Shown here piece after piece: positions 10,601-18,545 of a stretch of DNA of 64,000 bases (positions are counted from its first letter, which is position 1; every line of letters starts with the position of its first letter). The notes under the pieces are model-generated. The model saw only the letters and a list, made by a program, of their open reading frames with translations, was not told the DNA's origin and did not search any database. The DNA comes from Candidatus Poribacteria bacterium (lineage in GTDB: Bacteria > Poribacteria > WGA-4E > WGA-3G), in assembly GCA_965205015.1 (NCBI GenBank), contig OZ242029.1, forward strand, positions 704,001 through 768,000, given 5' to 3'. The translations under genes and the position numbers were made by a program.

Positions 10601-10795
10601 TATGGGGTGAACGGCGTATTAGTGAGGACGTTGGGATTGGGGCATCAACTTGCGGGAACGTATCAAAGCCGGACGCGCGCGGCGTATTGGGACGGACACA
10701 ATCAACTGGGGGAACCTGTGGCAAGTGGTGTCTATTTCTATACATTGTCTGCCGGCGATTTCACGGCGACGCGGAAGATGTTGATACGGAAGTAG
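7697..10795 (+). CDS. Secreted internalin-like LRR protein: zinc metallopeptidase (HELGHAFGLWH), 13 LRRs, Ig (Big_1), dockerin-like and C-terminal FlgD/T9SS-like domains
   Basis: HExxHxxGxxH; 22-aa LRRs; DVNADGVVDVEDL; LLANYPNPFNPETWIPY...VASGVYFY; start moved to MRVKR after a GAAGGAG SD. Confidence 0.85.
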   Translation: MRVKRFFFILTLLLSFLPLGFAQDLLPRPIVRIIYFSPNDRAPQPDIDEKIDRLIKDVQAFYAQHMENHGFDRKTFLLETDAQGKAIVHHVKGRFNHTYYQNNWRKAERESLEQSDRRNASINFIVLDVNLEGITPCGGGSGNGHVGRAFVTTQPDCFNVPIIAHELGHAFGLWHDYRPVGGNWKRALGIRDPMITSLCAAEWLDVISAFNAPQTPFNQRTTIEMLGPPTLVAAPNTFRFRFKVQDSDGLHQVQLHMRDPLIGHAGDSLLDYKGLKGVRSSTLEFVSSILLGPTTHGVVIESIDVHGYTQSQNYPVDLTPLFPPPEVVSIPDANLASAIRREIGSSITTRTLLNLTSLALPTRRITDLTGLEHAHNLLSLNLRRQHIGGEGFSVLDLSPIGNLPRLSRLDLSHNSLTDVAPLSGLTSLRELWLSDNNITDVAPLSELTYLTRLWLSDNNITDVAPLSELIQLRELWLDGNNIADVAPLSGLTQLTELRLSGRNITDVAPLSGLTQLTELELPYSNITDVAPLSGLTQLKYLRLSYSNITDVAPLSGLTQLKYLGLHRNNITDVAPLSELTQLKYLKLSDNNITDVAPLSELTQLTELRLFGNNIADVAPLSELTQLTRLYLDGNNIADVTPLSELTQLKYLWLHRNKITDVTPLSGLTQLTELYLADNNITDVAPLLGLTQLIELRLQTNPLGYASIHTHIPAMQAKGIPIRFHNVVHPALLKVSGDAQTGSVGNPLAAFIVEAQDERGQPMPDVRVKFAVEAGGGTLNPTITATDADGKAQTILTPGWTPDTTTIRATATGITAYVRFTATATVLTDRRAEDVNADGVVDVEDLVLVASSFGAVPTPSTLPDTDINDDGDINQEDVELVLAALEAAPAAPSLDTQWTVSSLQRWIAEAKQRNIGDATFQRGIKILEKLLADLLPKQTLLLANYPNPFNPETWIPYQLSEPGDVIVHIYGVNGVLVRTLGLGHQLAGTYQSRTRAAYWDGHNQLGEPVASGVYFYTLSAGDFTATRKMLIRK
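8930..9790 (+). repeat. 66-bp coding tandem repeats (13 LRR units)
   Basis: gatgtcgcacccctctc(c/g/a)ga(a)ttaac recurs every 66 bp. Confidence 0.9.
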
Positions 10796-10997
10796 GATGC
10801 AGCAGCGTTTCATTGATGTATCCGAGTTTGACAAATATAACGCGACGGTGTACAATTTAACAAAGCCATTTGGAGGAATCTCCTGCTCAATATTAACCTC
10901 AGCTAACGTTTCGGTTCTAAACTGAGCTCATATTAATCACGCGCAGTATTTAGGAAGAAGGGGATAAAAATGAATGCAACTATTGAATCAACGATAG

Positions 10998-11276
10998 GTC
11001 AGTGACCCAAACCTAAAGGATTGGGACCTGTCCACTACGCCAACCAAGGCTATAGGGTGGACGAGGGCAACTCATTGACTACCGTAAAATATCGCAGATA
11101 CAGGAGTTGTGGTAGACTCCAACTATGTCAAGAAAACGCTATACCGAACTGGTAGTAGGTATAGTTAAGGATACTCCCCTCGTCTTTGTCCACTTGGTAT
11201 CTGTGATCGGGAAGGGGCAACATATACCCGCTATTAGCGGAGGGTCTCCGAAAGGTCATTACCTGTTTTCTTGACA
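10998..11276 (+). ncRNA. HEARO / omegaRNA-like structured RNA
   Basis: GTCAGTGA/TCATTGAC closing stem, GGATACTCCCC..GGGAAGGGGCAACA..TACCC motifs typical of HEARO, long-range pairings TGTCAAGAAAAC/GTTTTCTTGACA and GCAGATAC/GTATCTGT. Confidence 0.7.
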
Positions 11277-11484
11277 GCACCGGGTCAGGTCAAAGTAAGT
11301 TCTGGTGACAGCAGAAACGAAACGAAGCAGCCTACTGGGAAGAATCGCCAAAGCAGCACCGTGGCGAAAAAACGGACTGCACTTTTCTAGAAGTTTCTTT
11401 TTTTAACCTGGACCTTTGGTCCTTTCCAAGAGGGCGGATTTTCCTCCCAAACTTAAAAGTTTGGGTTTCCAATCCGTAAATCTG
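10998..11484 (+). mobile_element. Non-autonomous IS200/IS605 (IscB/IsrB-type) element, no nuclease or transposase ORF
   Basis: Near-identical subterminal hairpins CCCAAACCTAAAGGATTGGG (11006-11025) and CCCAAACTTAAAAGTTTGGG (11446-11465); starts GTCAG; no target duplication; excision restores the host ORF. Confidence 0.75.
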
Positions 11485-11712
11485 ATGAATTAACAACCGA
11501 TCCGAAAACACCCTCGGAAGGGAAGCAGATGATCCCTCATATCGCAACAGAACAAGCAGATTCAAAACAAATAGCACTTATGGACTATGCCGAGGAACAA
11601 CTTCGGAAATTAGCAACTTCTCGCGGATTAGATTGGGAGGCTATGACCGATGAGGACCGCATAGATTTTGTTGATAACCTCGTCCACGAGGACCGTAAAT
11701 AAGGAGTTAATA

Positions 11713-12741
11713 ATGAAAGAAGTCAAGGTAGGTATTGTTGGGTGTGGTGGTATTGCCGGAGGTAAACACCTTCCGGGTCATAAAGGCGTCAAAGGCGTTT
11801 CGATTATCGCCGCGTGTGACATCGACGCAGCCCGTGCGAAAGCGTTCGCCAAAAAGCACGACATCCCACACGTTTTCAGCGATTACGAGGAATTAGCGGC
11901 AATGGATGAGTTGGATGCGGTGAGCGTTTGTACACCGAACAACTTCCACGCCGGTCCAACGATCGCGGCGTTGAAGGCGGGAAAACACGTTATCTGTGAA
12001 AAGCCGATCGCTGCTAATGCGGTTGATGGACAAGCGATGGTGGATGCGCAGAAAGCGAGTGGTAAAGTTCTACAGATCGGGTTACAATCTCGATTCCGTG
12101 CTGAGGCGCGCACCCTCCGCAAACTCTACGATGAAGGCTTTTTCGGAGACATCTATTATGCCCGTGCCATGTCAATGCGGCGGCGTGGGGTGCCTGCTTC
12201 ACCCTCTTTTCTGAGTAAAGCCATCGCAGGCGGCGGACCGTTGATTGACATCGGTGTGCATATCCTTGATGTGTTGCTCTGGATGATCGGTTGCCCGAAA
12301 CCGATTGAGGCGTTCGGGATGACAGCAACGAAGTTTGGACATAAAGAGAATGTCATCAACCCGTGGGGCAAATGGGATCCTGAAGATTTTGAAGTAGAAG
12401 ATTTCGCGATGGGCACTGTCCGCTTTGAGGGGGACCTGACGGTGACCTTGGAGACGGCATGGGCATCGCATATTGAGAACATCGGTGGGACGTTCTTTAT
12501 GGGGGATTTAGCCGGTGCGACCTATGAACCGCTTCAGATTTATCTTGATAAGAAAGATGAGATGGTGAATTATACACCGAAACTTCTTACCGGATTACCG
12601 AGTGAATTTGAATCGTTCCACACGGCTATTCGAGAAGGGTTGCCGTCTCCTGTTCCTGCTGAAGAGGTATTGAACGTCGCGAAAATCTTCGATGCGCTCT
12701 ACGAATCGGCGCGGATCGGTCGTTCCGTCCCGATTTTTTAA
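11713..12741 (+). CDS. Gfo/Idh/MocA family oxidoreductase
   Basis: GIVGCGGIA, AGKHVICEKP, GGGPLIDIGVH; AAGGAG SD before ATG 11713. Confidence 0.9.
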   Translation: MKEVKVGIVGCGGIAGGKHLPGHKGVKGVSIIAACDIDAARAKAFAKKHDIPHVFSDYEELAAMDELDAVSVCTPNNFHAGPTIAALKAGKHVICEKPIAANAVDGQAMVDAQKASGKVLQIGLQSRFRAEARTLRKLYDEGFFGDIYYARAMSMRRRGVPASPSFLSKAIAGGGPLIDIGVHILDVLLWMIGCPKPIEAFGMTATKFGHKENVINPWGKWDPEDFEVEDFAMGTVRFEGDLTVTLETAWASHIENIGGTFFMGDLAGATYEPLQIYLDKKDEMVNYTPKLLTGLPSEFESFHTAIREGLPSPVPAEEVLNVAKIFDALYESARIGRSVPIF

Positions 12742-12750
12742 TTTACCCTG

Positions 12751-12901
12751 CGGGCAGGCACAAGACCTGAGGATACGGGTAGGCACAAGACCTGAGGATA
12801 CGGGTAGGCATAAGACCTGAGGATACGGGTAGGCACAAGACCTAAGGATACGGGTAGGCACAAGACCTGAGGATACGGGCAGGCACAAGACCTGCCCCTA
12901 C
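12751..12901. repeat. Six tandem 25-bp units derived from a GTAG REP
   Basis: cggg(t/c)aggcacaagacctgaggata x5, then a final unit ending in the full REP gcccctac; no spacers. Confidence 0.9.
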
Positions 12902-12902
12902 T

Positions 12903-13307
12903 TTATGGGTGTGAAGGCTTCTGGTAACTTGCACGTACAACGGTTTTGATGCCGCCACGGATATTAAAATCACCGATAACTTCCGCCTTCTGCGGTTGGC
13001 ACGCTTCAACAAAGTCCTCCAACACCTTATTCACGACGTGTTCATGAAAGATACCAATATCTCGATAAAAAAGGAAGTATTCCTTCAACGACTTCAGTTC
13101 GACACAATGCTGGTCTGGCACGTAGGTAATACAGAGGGTTGCGAAATCCGGGAGTCCCGTTTTAGGACATACCGCAGTGAATTCTAAGTTGGTAATCTCG
13201 ATCGTGTAATCCCGGTGGCTATACTGATTTTCCCATGTCTCGATTGGAGGTGTTTCCAGTTGACGGATATGGGTTTGTAGATCGTCATAGCCGGTACTTT
13301 GGTTCAT
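12903..13307 (-). CDS. queF: NADPH-dependent 7-cyano-7-deazaguanine reductase (type I QueF)
   Basis: EFTAVCPKTGLPDFA, VELKSLKEY, FHEH, FNIRGGI. Confidence 0.95.
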   Translation of the reverse strand: MNQSTGYDDLQTHIRQLETPPIETWENQYSHRDYTIEITNLEFTAVCPKTGLPDFATLCITYVPDQHCVELKSLKEYFLFYRDIGIFHEHVVNKVLEDFVEACQPQKAEVIGDFNIRGGIKTVVRASYQKPSHP

Positions 13308-13422
13308 ATAGTACTTGTCTCCAGAAGATAGCGGTCAGCGTTTAGATGGGAGAAAGGAAGACTCTTGGTTGGAAAACTGGAAGGGTGGGTGCCATCCTTC
13401 CTCCCTTCCTTTCATCCGCCTG

Positions 13423-16254
13423 TTACTTCAGAATTACCATTCGACGGGTGCGTTCAAAACTGCCAGCGGAAAACGTGTAGAAATAGACACCGCTGGCGAC
13501 CTTCGTTCCATACCGGTCTCTCCCATCCCAGTACGCCGCTTTCTCTTGGCTCCGATAACTGCCCGGCTCCTGTAACCCAATATCCAACTGGCGTACAAGT
13601 CCTCCTCGGACATCATAGATTTTCAGAACAACCTCTGCCGCCTCCGCCAGATCGTAGGGAAACCACGTCTCCGGGTTAAAAGGATTCGGATAATTCTGGA
13701 GAATCGTTGTCTGTTTAACATATCCGAGCATCGAGAGCAAATGCGAGGACGGATCCACAGAAAATGGGACATCCGCAGATCGGAACCCGAGATCAATTGG
13801 GTTATAGATAAACGCCGACCCCGAGTTATCACCAGCATTGTCGCTACCGAAGGCACCGACGATAGCGAATGCCCCTCTAATCGCAACAGATGCCCCGAAC
13901 AGGTCCGACTGTCTCGCGCCAGCGGCTTCAATCCGGCGTTTTTCTACCCAAGATAACCCATCTCGCAAAAAGGAGTAAGCCGCCCCTTTATCAAGTTGTA
14001 ACGCTGGATCGTCATGGAGATCTGCCAACGGGTGATTATCCTTCCACGCGCCGACGATTGCAGTATCTTCATGAATTGCGACGGCTGAACCGAATTCATC
14101 CCCGGTGTCGGCATCGCTTGCGCCTAACTTTGCCTGTTGTACCCAAGCGTTTCGCGTCTCCACAAAAATATAAGCCGCTCCCACATCATCAAGGTGTCGA
14201 TCTTCTTTAGGTGCGCCAATGATAGCCGCCCCTTTGGTGAGATTGACGGAGTAACCGAATTCGTCTCCGATGCTAATATCATTTGGAATCAGTAGGAGAC
14301 CTGGAGTCCATGTGCGACCATTGCGCGTAAAGAGATAGGCGGCACCCGAATCAGGTCCCGCTGCGTCACTTCGATAGGCACCGATGAGCGCATTATCTTC
14401 ATAAACACCCACAGCAAAACCGAACAGATCCCCGGGAACGGCACCTCGGTGCGTCAATTTCGCTTGTTGTGTCCAAGAGGCACCACTCCGGACAAAGACA
14501 TAAGCGGCACCCGAATCCGTGCCGATTTCGTCTTTCCCGTAGGCACCGATGATAGCGGTATCCCCGTGTACCGCGACGGCTGACCCAAACCGATCAAAGA
14601 TTTCGAGGTCGTCCCCGATCAATCTCGCCTGCTGAATCCACTCCTCGCCGACCTTTACAAAAACATAAGCTGCGCCGGCTTCGGGTCCTGCATCATCAAC
14701 ACCGGGCGCGCCAACAAGGACAGTTTCGCCGTCCATTGCCACAGCATTCCCAAAGAGATCCCCAACCTGTGCATCGTCAGCGGTGAGTTTTGTGCGCTGT
14801 AGCCAGAGGAGACCGCTGCGCTCAAAGATGTATGCGGCACCCGCGTTAGGTGCGATGTCATCATCTTGTTGTGCCCCAGAGATAGCAAAGTTACCGCTTA
14901 TGGCAACAGATACGCCGAACTGATCCTCTGAAGCGGTTTCGCCATCACTCAACTTGGCACTTTCCACCCACGAGGCATCCTCCCTTTGTTCAAAAATATA
15001 GGCGGCACCCGAGGATAATCCACCGGCATCTTGCTTCGGTGCCCCAGCGATCACTTCGTTTTTGTTTGCATCGATCGCGACAGCGAATCCGAGCTGGTCG
15101 CCAGCCCCTCTATCCGCTGCGACTAACTTTGTGTGCTGGTTCCAGAAGGGCGGCTCATTTTGTGTAAAGATATACGCCGCACCCACGACATCTTCTCCAA
15201 CGTTCGCCCCCGTCGCCCCAATGACAGCTGTATCGCCTCTGATGTCAACAGAAACACCGAAAGAGGACGCGCCATCAGGGTCAATCGGAATCATACGGAT
15301 ACGGATACGGTTTCTTTTTTGCTCCCATTCGGTACCTTCGCGCTTATAGATGTAAGCGGCACCACTTCCTCTATTTTTCGGTGAGGTCGCAATGGCAAAA
15401 TCCCCATCAACATCAACGGCGTATCCAAAATTATCTTCCGCTTCGGTATTGTTTCCGATAAGCTTCGCCTGAAATGCCCACCCGAATTGGTTCCGGACGA
15501 AAATATAAGCAGCACCGGCATCATTTCCGGCTTCATCCTCCCGAGTCGCCCCAACAATAGCGGTGTCCCCATCAATCCCAACGGAAAAGCCGAAATACGC
15601 GAAACTGTCAGGATCCGGGGCAATGAGTTTGGCGGTTTGATTCCAATTTTCTCCCGTCCTCTCAAAAACGTAGACGGCACCGCAATCTGCCAAAGGTTGG
15701 TTTGTACGATGTGCCCCAACGAGGACGGTATCCCCATCAATCGCTACCGAGATACCGAAATAATCAGCACGCGTTCCGTCAGACGCAATCAGTTTGGCTT
15801 GTTCTATCCATTCAGTTCCTTGTCTCCTAAAGATATATGCGGACCCTGAGTTCCTTCCGACCCCATCCTTCCTCGGTGCACCAACGACGGCGTAATCGCC
15901 ACTCATTGCGAGTCGCGTGCCGAATTCGTCTCCGCCTGCTGCATCGCTGGTGGTCAGTTTTTGATGCTGAACCCACCCAGTTTCAGTGCGCAGAAAGACC
16001 TGGACGGATCCAACATTTACGCCGAAGTCGTTGTCATCTTTCGGGACACCTACCATTGCAGAATCACCGCTGATACCGACACTCGCCCCGAGATTGTCCT
16101 GGAGGACCGCAGCACTCGTGTTGAGTTGCACTCGGTCGGCACTGCTTTGCAGGACCAAGCCGACGCCGAAGAACAAGATTAATATGGTTATTTGTAATTT
16201 TCTCAATTCTCTCTCCCTCACTATTGAACAGTACCTGATGCGCTGAACCGACAA
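13423..16254 (-). CDS. Secreted FG-GAP repeat (integrin-like beta-propeller) protein with C-terminal FlgD/T9SS-like domain
   Basis: About 14 FGxSVAIxGDxAxVGA..GAAYIF repeats; LQNYPNPFNPETW...VASGVYFY; start uncertain. Confidence 0.88.
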   Translation of the reverse strand: MSVQRIRYCSIVRERELRKLQITILILFFGVGLVLQSSADRVQLNTSAAVLQDNLGASVGISGDSAMVGVPKDDNDFGVNVGSVQVFLRTETGWVQHQKLTTSDAAGGDEFGTRLAMSGDYAVVGAPRKDGVGRNSGSAYIFRRQGTEWIEQAKLIASDGTRADYFGISVAIDGDTVLVGAHRTNQPLADCGAVYVFERTGENWNQTAKLIAPDPDSFAYFGFSVGIDGDTAIVGATREDEAGNDAGAAYIFVRNQFGWAFQAKLIGNNTEAEDNFGYAVDVDGDFAIATSPKNRGSGAAYIYKREGTEWEQKRNRIRIRMIPIDPDGASSFGVSVDIRGDTAVIGATGANVGEDVVGAAYIFTQNEPPFWNQHTKLVAADRGAGDQLGFAVAIDANKNEVIAGAPKQDAGGLSSGAAYIFEQREDASWVESAKLSDGETASEDQFGVSVAISGNFAISGAQQDDDIAPNAGAAYIFERSGLLWLQRTKLTADDAQVGDLFGNAVAMDGETVLVGAPGVDDAGPEAGAAYVFVKVGEEWIQQARLIGDDLEIFDRFGSAVAVHGDTAIIGAYGKDEIGTDSGAAYVFVRSGASWTQQAKLTHRGAVPGDLFGFAVGVYEDNALIGAYRSDAAGPDSGAAYLFTRNGRTWTPGLLLIPNDISIGDEFGYSVNLTKGAAIIGAPKEDRHLDDVGAAYIFVETRNAWVQQAKLGASDADTGDEFGSAVAIHEDTAIVGAWKDNHPLADLHDDPALQLDKGAAYSFLRDGLSWVEKRRIEAAGARQSDLFGASVAIRGAFAIVGAFGSDNAGDNSGSAFIYNPIDLGFRSADVPFSVDPSSHLLSMLGYVKQTTILQNYPNPFNPETWFPYDLAEAAEVVLKIYDVRGGLVRQLDIGLQEPGSYRSQEKAAYWDGRDRYGTKVASGVYFYTFSAGSFERTRRMVILK

Positions 16255-16656
16255 AAACAGGCATGAGTTAAGGTGAACTGTTTGGATTGGTAACGTCTTC
16301 CCTTGAATTTCGTTGTAAATAGGTCTTTCTTCATTTAATTTTTAATTAGTGACACAATTTGTAGACAAAAAGGGTGCATAATTTCGGAAAAATCGTAAAA
16401 ACCTGAGTCTTAATCTAAAAATTGGCACCCATCTCATACACATCAGTTATTACAAGCTTACTCGCAAAGGTCCCCTATCGGTATTCGGTTCGACGCGTTG
16501 GCAGAGCCATTCCACTCAAGACGCTTTGTCTACAGTTAGCAAACTTAGCAAATTGTATGCCACCCGTAAATCCGCATGAAATTGACAGATTTCAACCTGT
16601 GGTCAACATAATTTGTGATGTTCTGTTCATTTATTGAACAGAACTGTCTGTTGACG

Positions 16657-17274
16657 TTAGTCTGATACACTGAGTCTATAAATCGTTTTCGCTTTATCTT
16701 CGCCGTACCACAACGCAGTACCGTCCCAAGTCAGCCCATGTGGTTCGCTTGGACATGCGACCCTCTTGAGCACCTCACCCGATTCGGGGTGGATTCGGTA
16801 AACGATATGGTCGTTCGTATCGGCGTTCCAAAGTGCCTCGCCATCCCATGCTAATCCGTGTGCGCGTCCACCGGGTGTCTGAAGTTCAGCAAGGATTTCG
16901 CCAGTCTCAGGGCACTGTTTGATAAAACGCCCTGTGTTCATATCAACACTCCAGAGGTGCTCGCCATCGCACGCCAACCCGTGGGGTCCCTCCCCAGGCG
17001 ACGAAAATGTTGTAACAACTTCCAGTTCAGGAATCGTGAGTTTATAGAAAGTTTGTTGCCATATACTGTTATACCAGAGATGCTCGCCGTCCCATTCTAT
17101 ACCAGCACTGCCGGGATAGGGAGGCGTCAGCGTTAGTTCAACTTCGCCGGTTTCAGGGTTGATTTTGTGGATAGGTCCAACCCCTTCAACACTCCAGAGC
17201 GATGTTCCGTGCCATGCGAGTCCATTTGTGCCAGCACCAGGGGCTGGGATGTGATGTCCAGTTGTTTCACGCAT
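16657..17274 (-). CDS. Small beta-propeller protein (glutamine cyclotransferase / YncE-like repeats)
   Basis: Five PGxxxxGLAWDGxxLW repeats; overlaps the queG stop. Confidence 0.65.
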   Translation of the reverse strand: MRETTGHHIPAPGAGTNGLAWHGTSLWSVEGVGPIHKINPETGEVELTLTPPYPGSAGIEWDGEHLWYNSIWQQTFYKLTIPELEVVTTFSSPGEGPHGLACDGEHLWSVDMNTGRFIKQCPETGEILAELQTPGGRAHGLAWDGEALWNADTNDHIVYRIHPESGEVLKRVACPSEPHGLTWDGTALWYGEDKAKTIYRLSVSD

Positions 17275-18475
17275 TTTTTTCTCTCCCCGATAATTGCTCT
17301 GTTTCTAAGAGCGCGTCCTGAATTTCAGTGATAACATCTTGATCCGTTTCAACAGTTAATCGCGTTTGTAACGCCCGTTTGGCGGTTTCGTCCCCGATTT
17401 TTCCCAATGCCCAAGCGGCATGCCCCCGAACTAAAGGTTCGTGATCCGCCAATGCGCCTTCAAGTGCCGGAACAGCACGCCGCGTTCCCCAGTTCCCAAT
17501 GGCAACAAGGACATTCCGCAAGAATCCTCGACGTTTCGCACGTTTGATCGGACTCCCCTTGAAACGTCGGCTAAATTCCTGTTGCGTCATACCAACAAGT
17601 GAGAGTAACTTGGGCGCGAGGTTTCCATGGCGCGGCTGAAACGCCGGTTCGGTTGTCGGCACCGCTTTACTGTTCCACGGACAGACCTCTTGGCAGATGT
17701 CACAGCCAAAAATCAAGTTCCCGACCTTAGGACGAAGTGCCTTCGGTATGCTCCCCTTGAGTTCGATTGTCAGATAAGAGATACAGAGCCGGGAATCAAG
17801 TAGGTTCGGTTCAACAATTGCGTCCGTTGGGCACGCTTCAATACAGCGCGTGCAAGTGCCACAACTCCCACGTAGATCCGGCGTATCGTCTTCCAAAGCA
17901 ACATCGATAAGGACTTCCGCGAGAAAATACCAAGAACCCGACCGCCAATGAATCAAGTTCGTATTTTTACCGATCCATCCGATGCCTGCTCTCTGTGCGT
18001 ACTCCCTTTCAATAATAGGCGCCGTATCCACACATACGCGGGTTCGTAATTCGTTTTCAGCCGTCTGTTTAATAAAAGTGACAAGTTCTAAAAGGCGTTC
18101 ACGAATAAGTTCGTGATAATCATCTCCCCACGCATAGCGGGAGACCTGTCCCCGTCCCGGATCCTGTGTGAGTGCCTCCGGTGGATCGAGTGTATAATAG
18201 TTCATCGCGAGGCTAATCACAGATTTCGCCTCCGCCAGCAGTCGACGGACATCTGTCTTAAGCGGGAGATGCTTTTCAAGATAACGCATTTCTCCGGCGT
18301 ACCCGCTTTCTATCCACTGCCGATACCGTGCAACCGTTTCGCTACGCGCTGCGGGTGTGATCCCAACGAGTTCAAATCCAAGTTCGTTTGCGCGCGCATG
18401 AATTTGCTTTTTAATTATACCTTGCGGATTTTTAATTTTTCCTTGCGGATCGGTGAGGTGCGTTTGAATTTTCAA
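17267..18475 (-). CDS. queG: tRNA epoxyqueuosine(34) reductase
   Basis: SRYAWGDDYH, VDTAP, GWIGKN, CGTCTRCIEACPT, FGCDICQEVCPWN, HEAT repeat; 5' end uncertain. Confidence 0.95.
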   Translation of the reverse strand: MKIQTHLTDPQGKIKNPQGIIKKQIHARANELGFELVGITPAARSETVARYRQWIESGYAGEMRYLEKHLPLKTDVRRLLAEAKSVISLAMNYYTLDPPEALTQDPGRGQVSRYAWGDDYHELIRERLLELVTFIKQTAENELRTRVCVDTAPIIEREYAQRAGIGWIGKNTNLIHWRSGSWYFLAEVLIDVALEDDTPDLRGSCGTCTRCIEACPTDAIVEPNLLDSRLCISYLTIELKGSIPKALRPKVGNLIFGCDICQEVCPWNSKAVPTTEPAFQPRHGNLAPKLLSLVGMTQQEFSRRFKGSPIKRAKRRGFLRNVLVAIGNWGTRRAVPALEGALADHEPLVRGHAAWALGKIGDETAKRALQTRLTVETDQDVITEIQDALLETEQLSGREKNA

Positions 18476-18520
18476 GTGCCTCCCCGTATATCCGCCCTCC
18501 GCTACGCTTCCGGGCTACAC
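18441..18520 (-). repeat. Dispersed leader repeat copy overlapping the queG 5' end
   Basis: Reverse complement gtagcccggaagcgtagcggagggcggat...ctcaccgatccgcaagg, with a duplicated CCGCAAGG..AATTAAAAA tail. Confidence 0.7.
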
Positions 18521-18545
18521 GTTTGGGTTAGTCAAGCACAATAAA

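Larger units (their letters stand above)
10970..11702 (+). pseudogene. Small hypothetical gene (81 aa once restored) interrupted by the IS200/IS605-derived element
   Basis: Joining 10970-10997 to 11485-11702 gives an open frame MNATIESTI-DELTTDP...GLDWEAMTDEDRIDFVDNLVHEDRK*; purine-rich SD upstream; the 3' part could still initiate at ATG 11529. Confidence 0.7.

Noticed and set aside
11275-11337. The genuine SRP RNA gene (ffs)
   Set aside because: Lacks the canonical short GNRA-capped helix and long closing stem, and lies within a mobile element; kept only as an SRP-like motif
10998-11484. IStron / group I intron (element ends in G and its removal restores the frame)
   Set aside because: The 5' exon would end in G rather than the canonical U, and I could not find a P7 core; frame restoration is expected from IS200/IS605 insertion alone. 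RT-PCR would settle it
12751-12901. Possible CRISPR array
   Set aside because: Units are directly adjacent with no unique spacers, are REP-derived, and no cas genes are in the window
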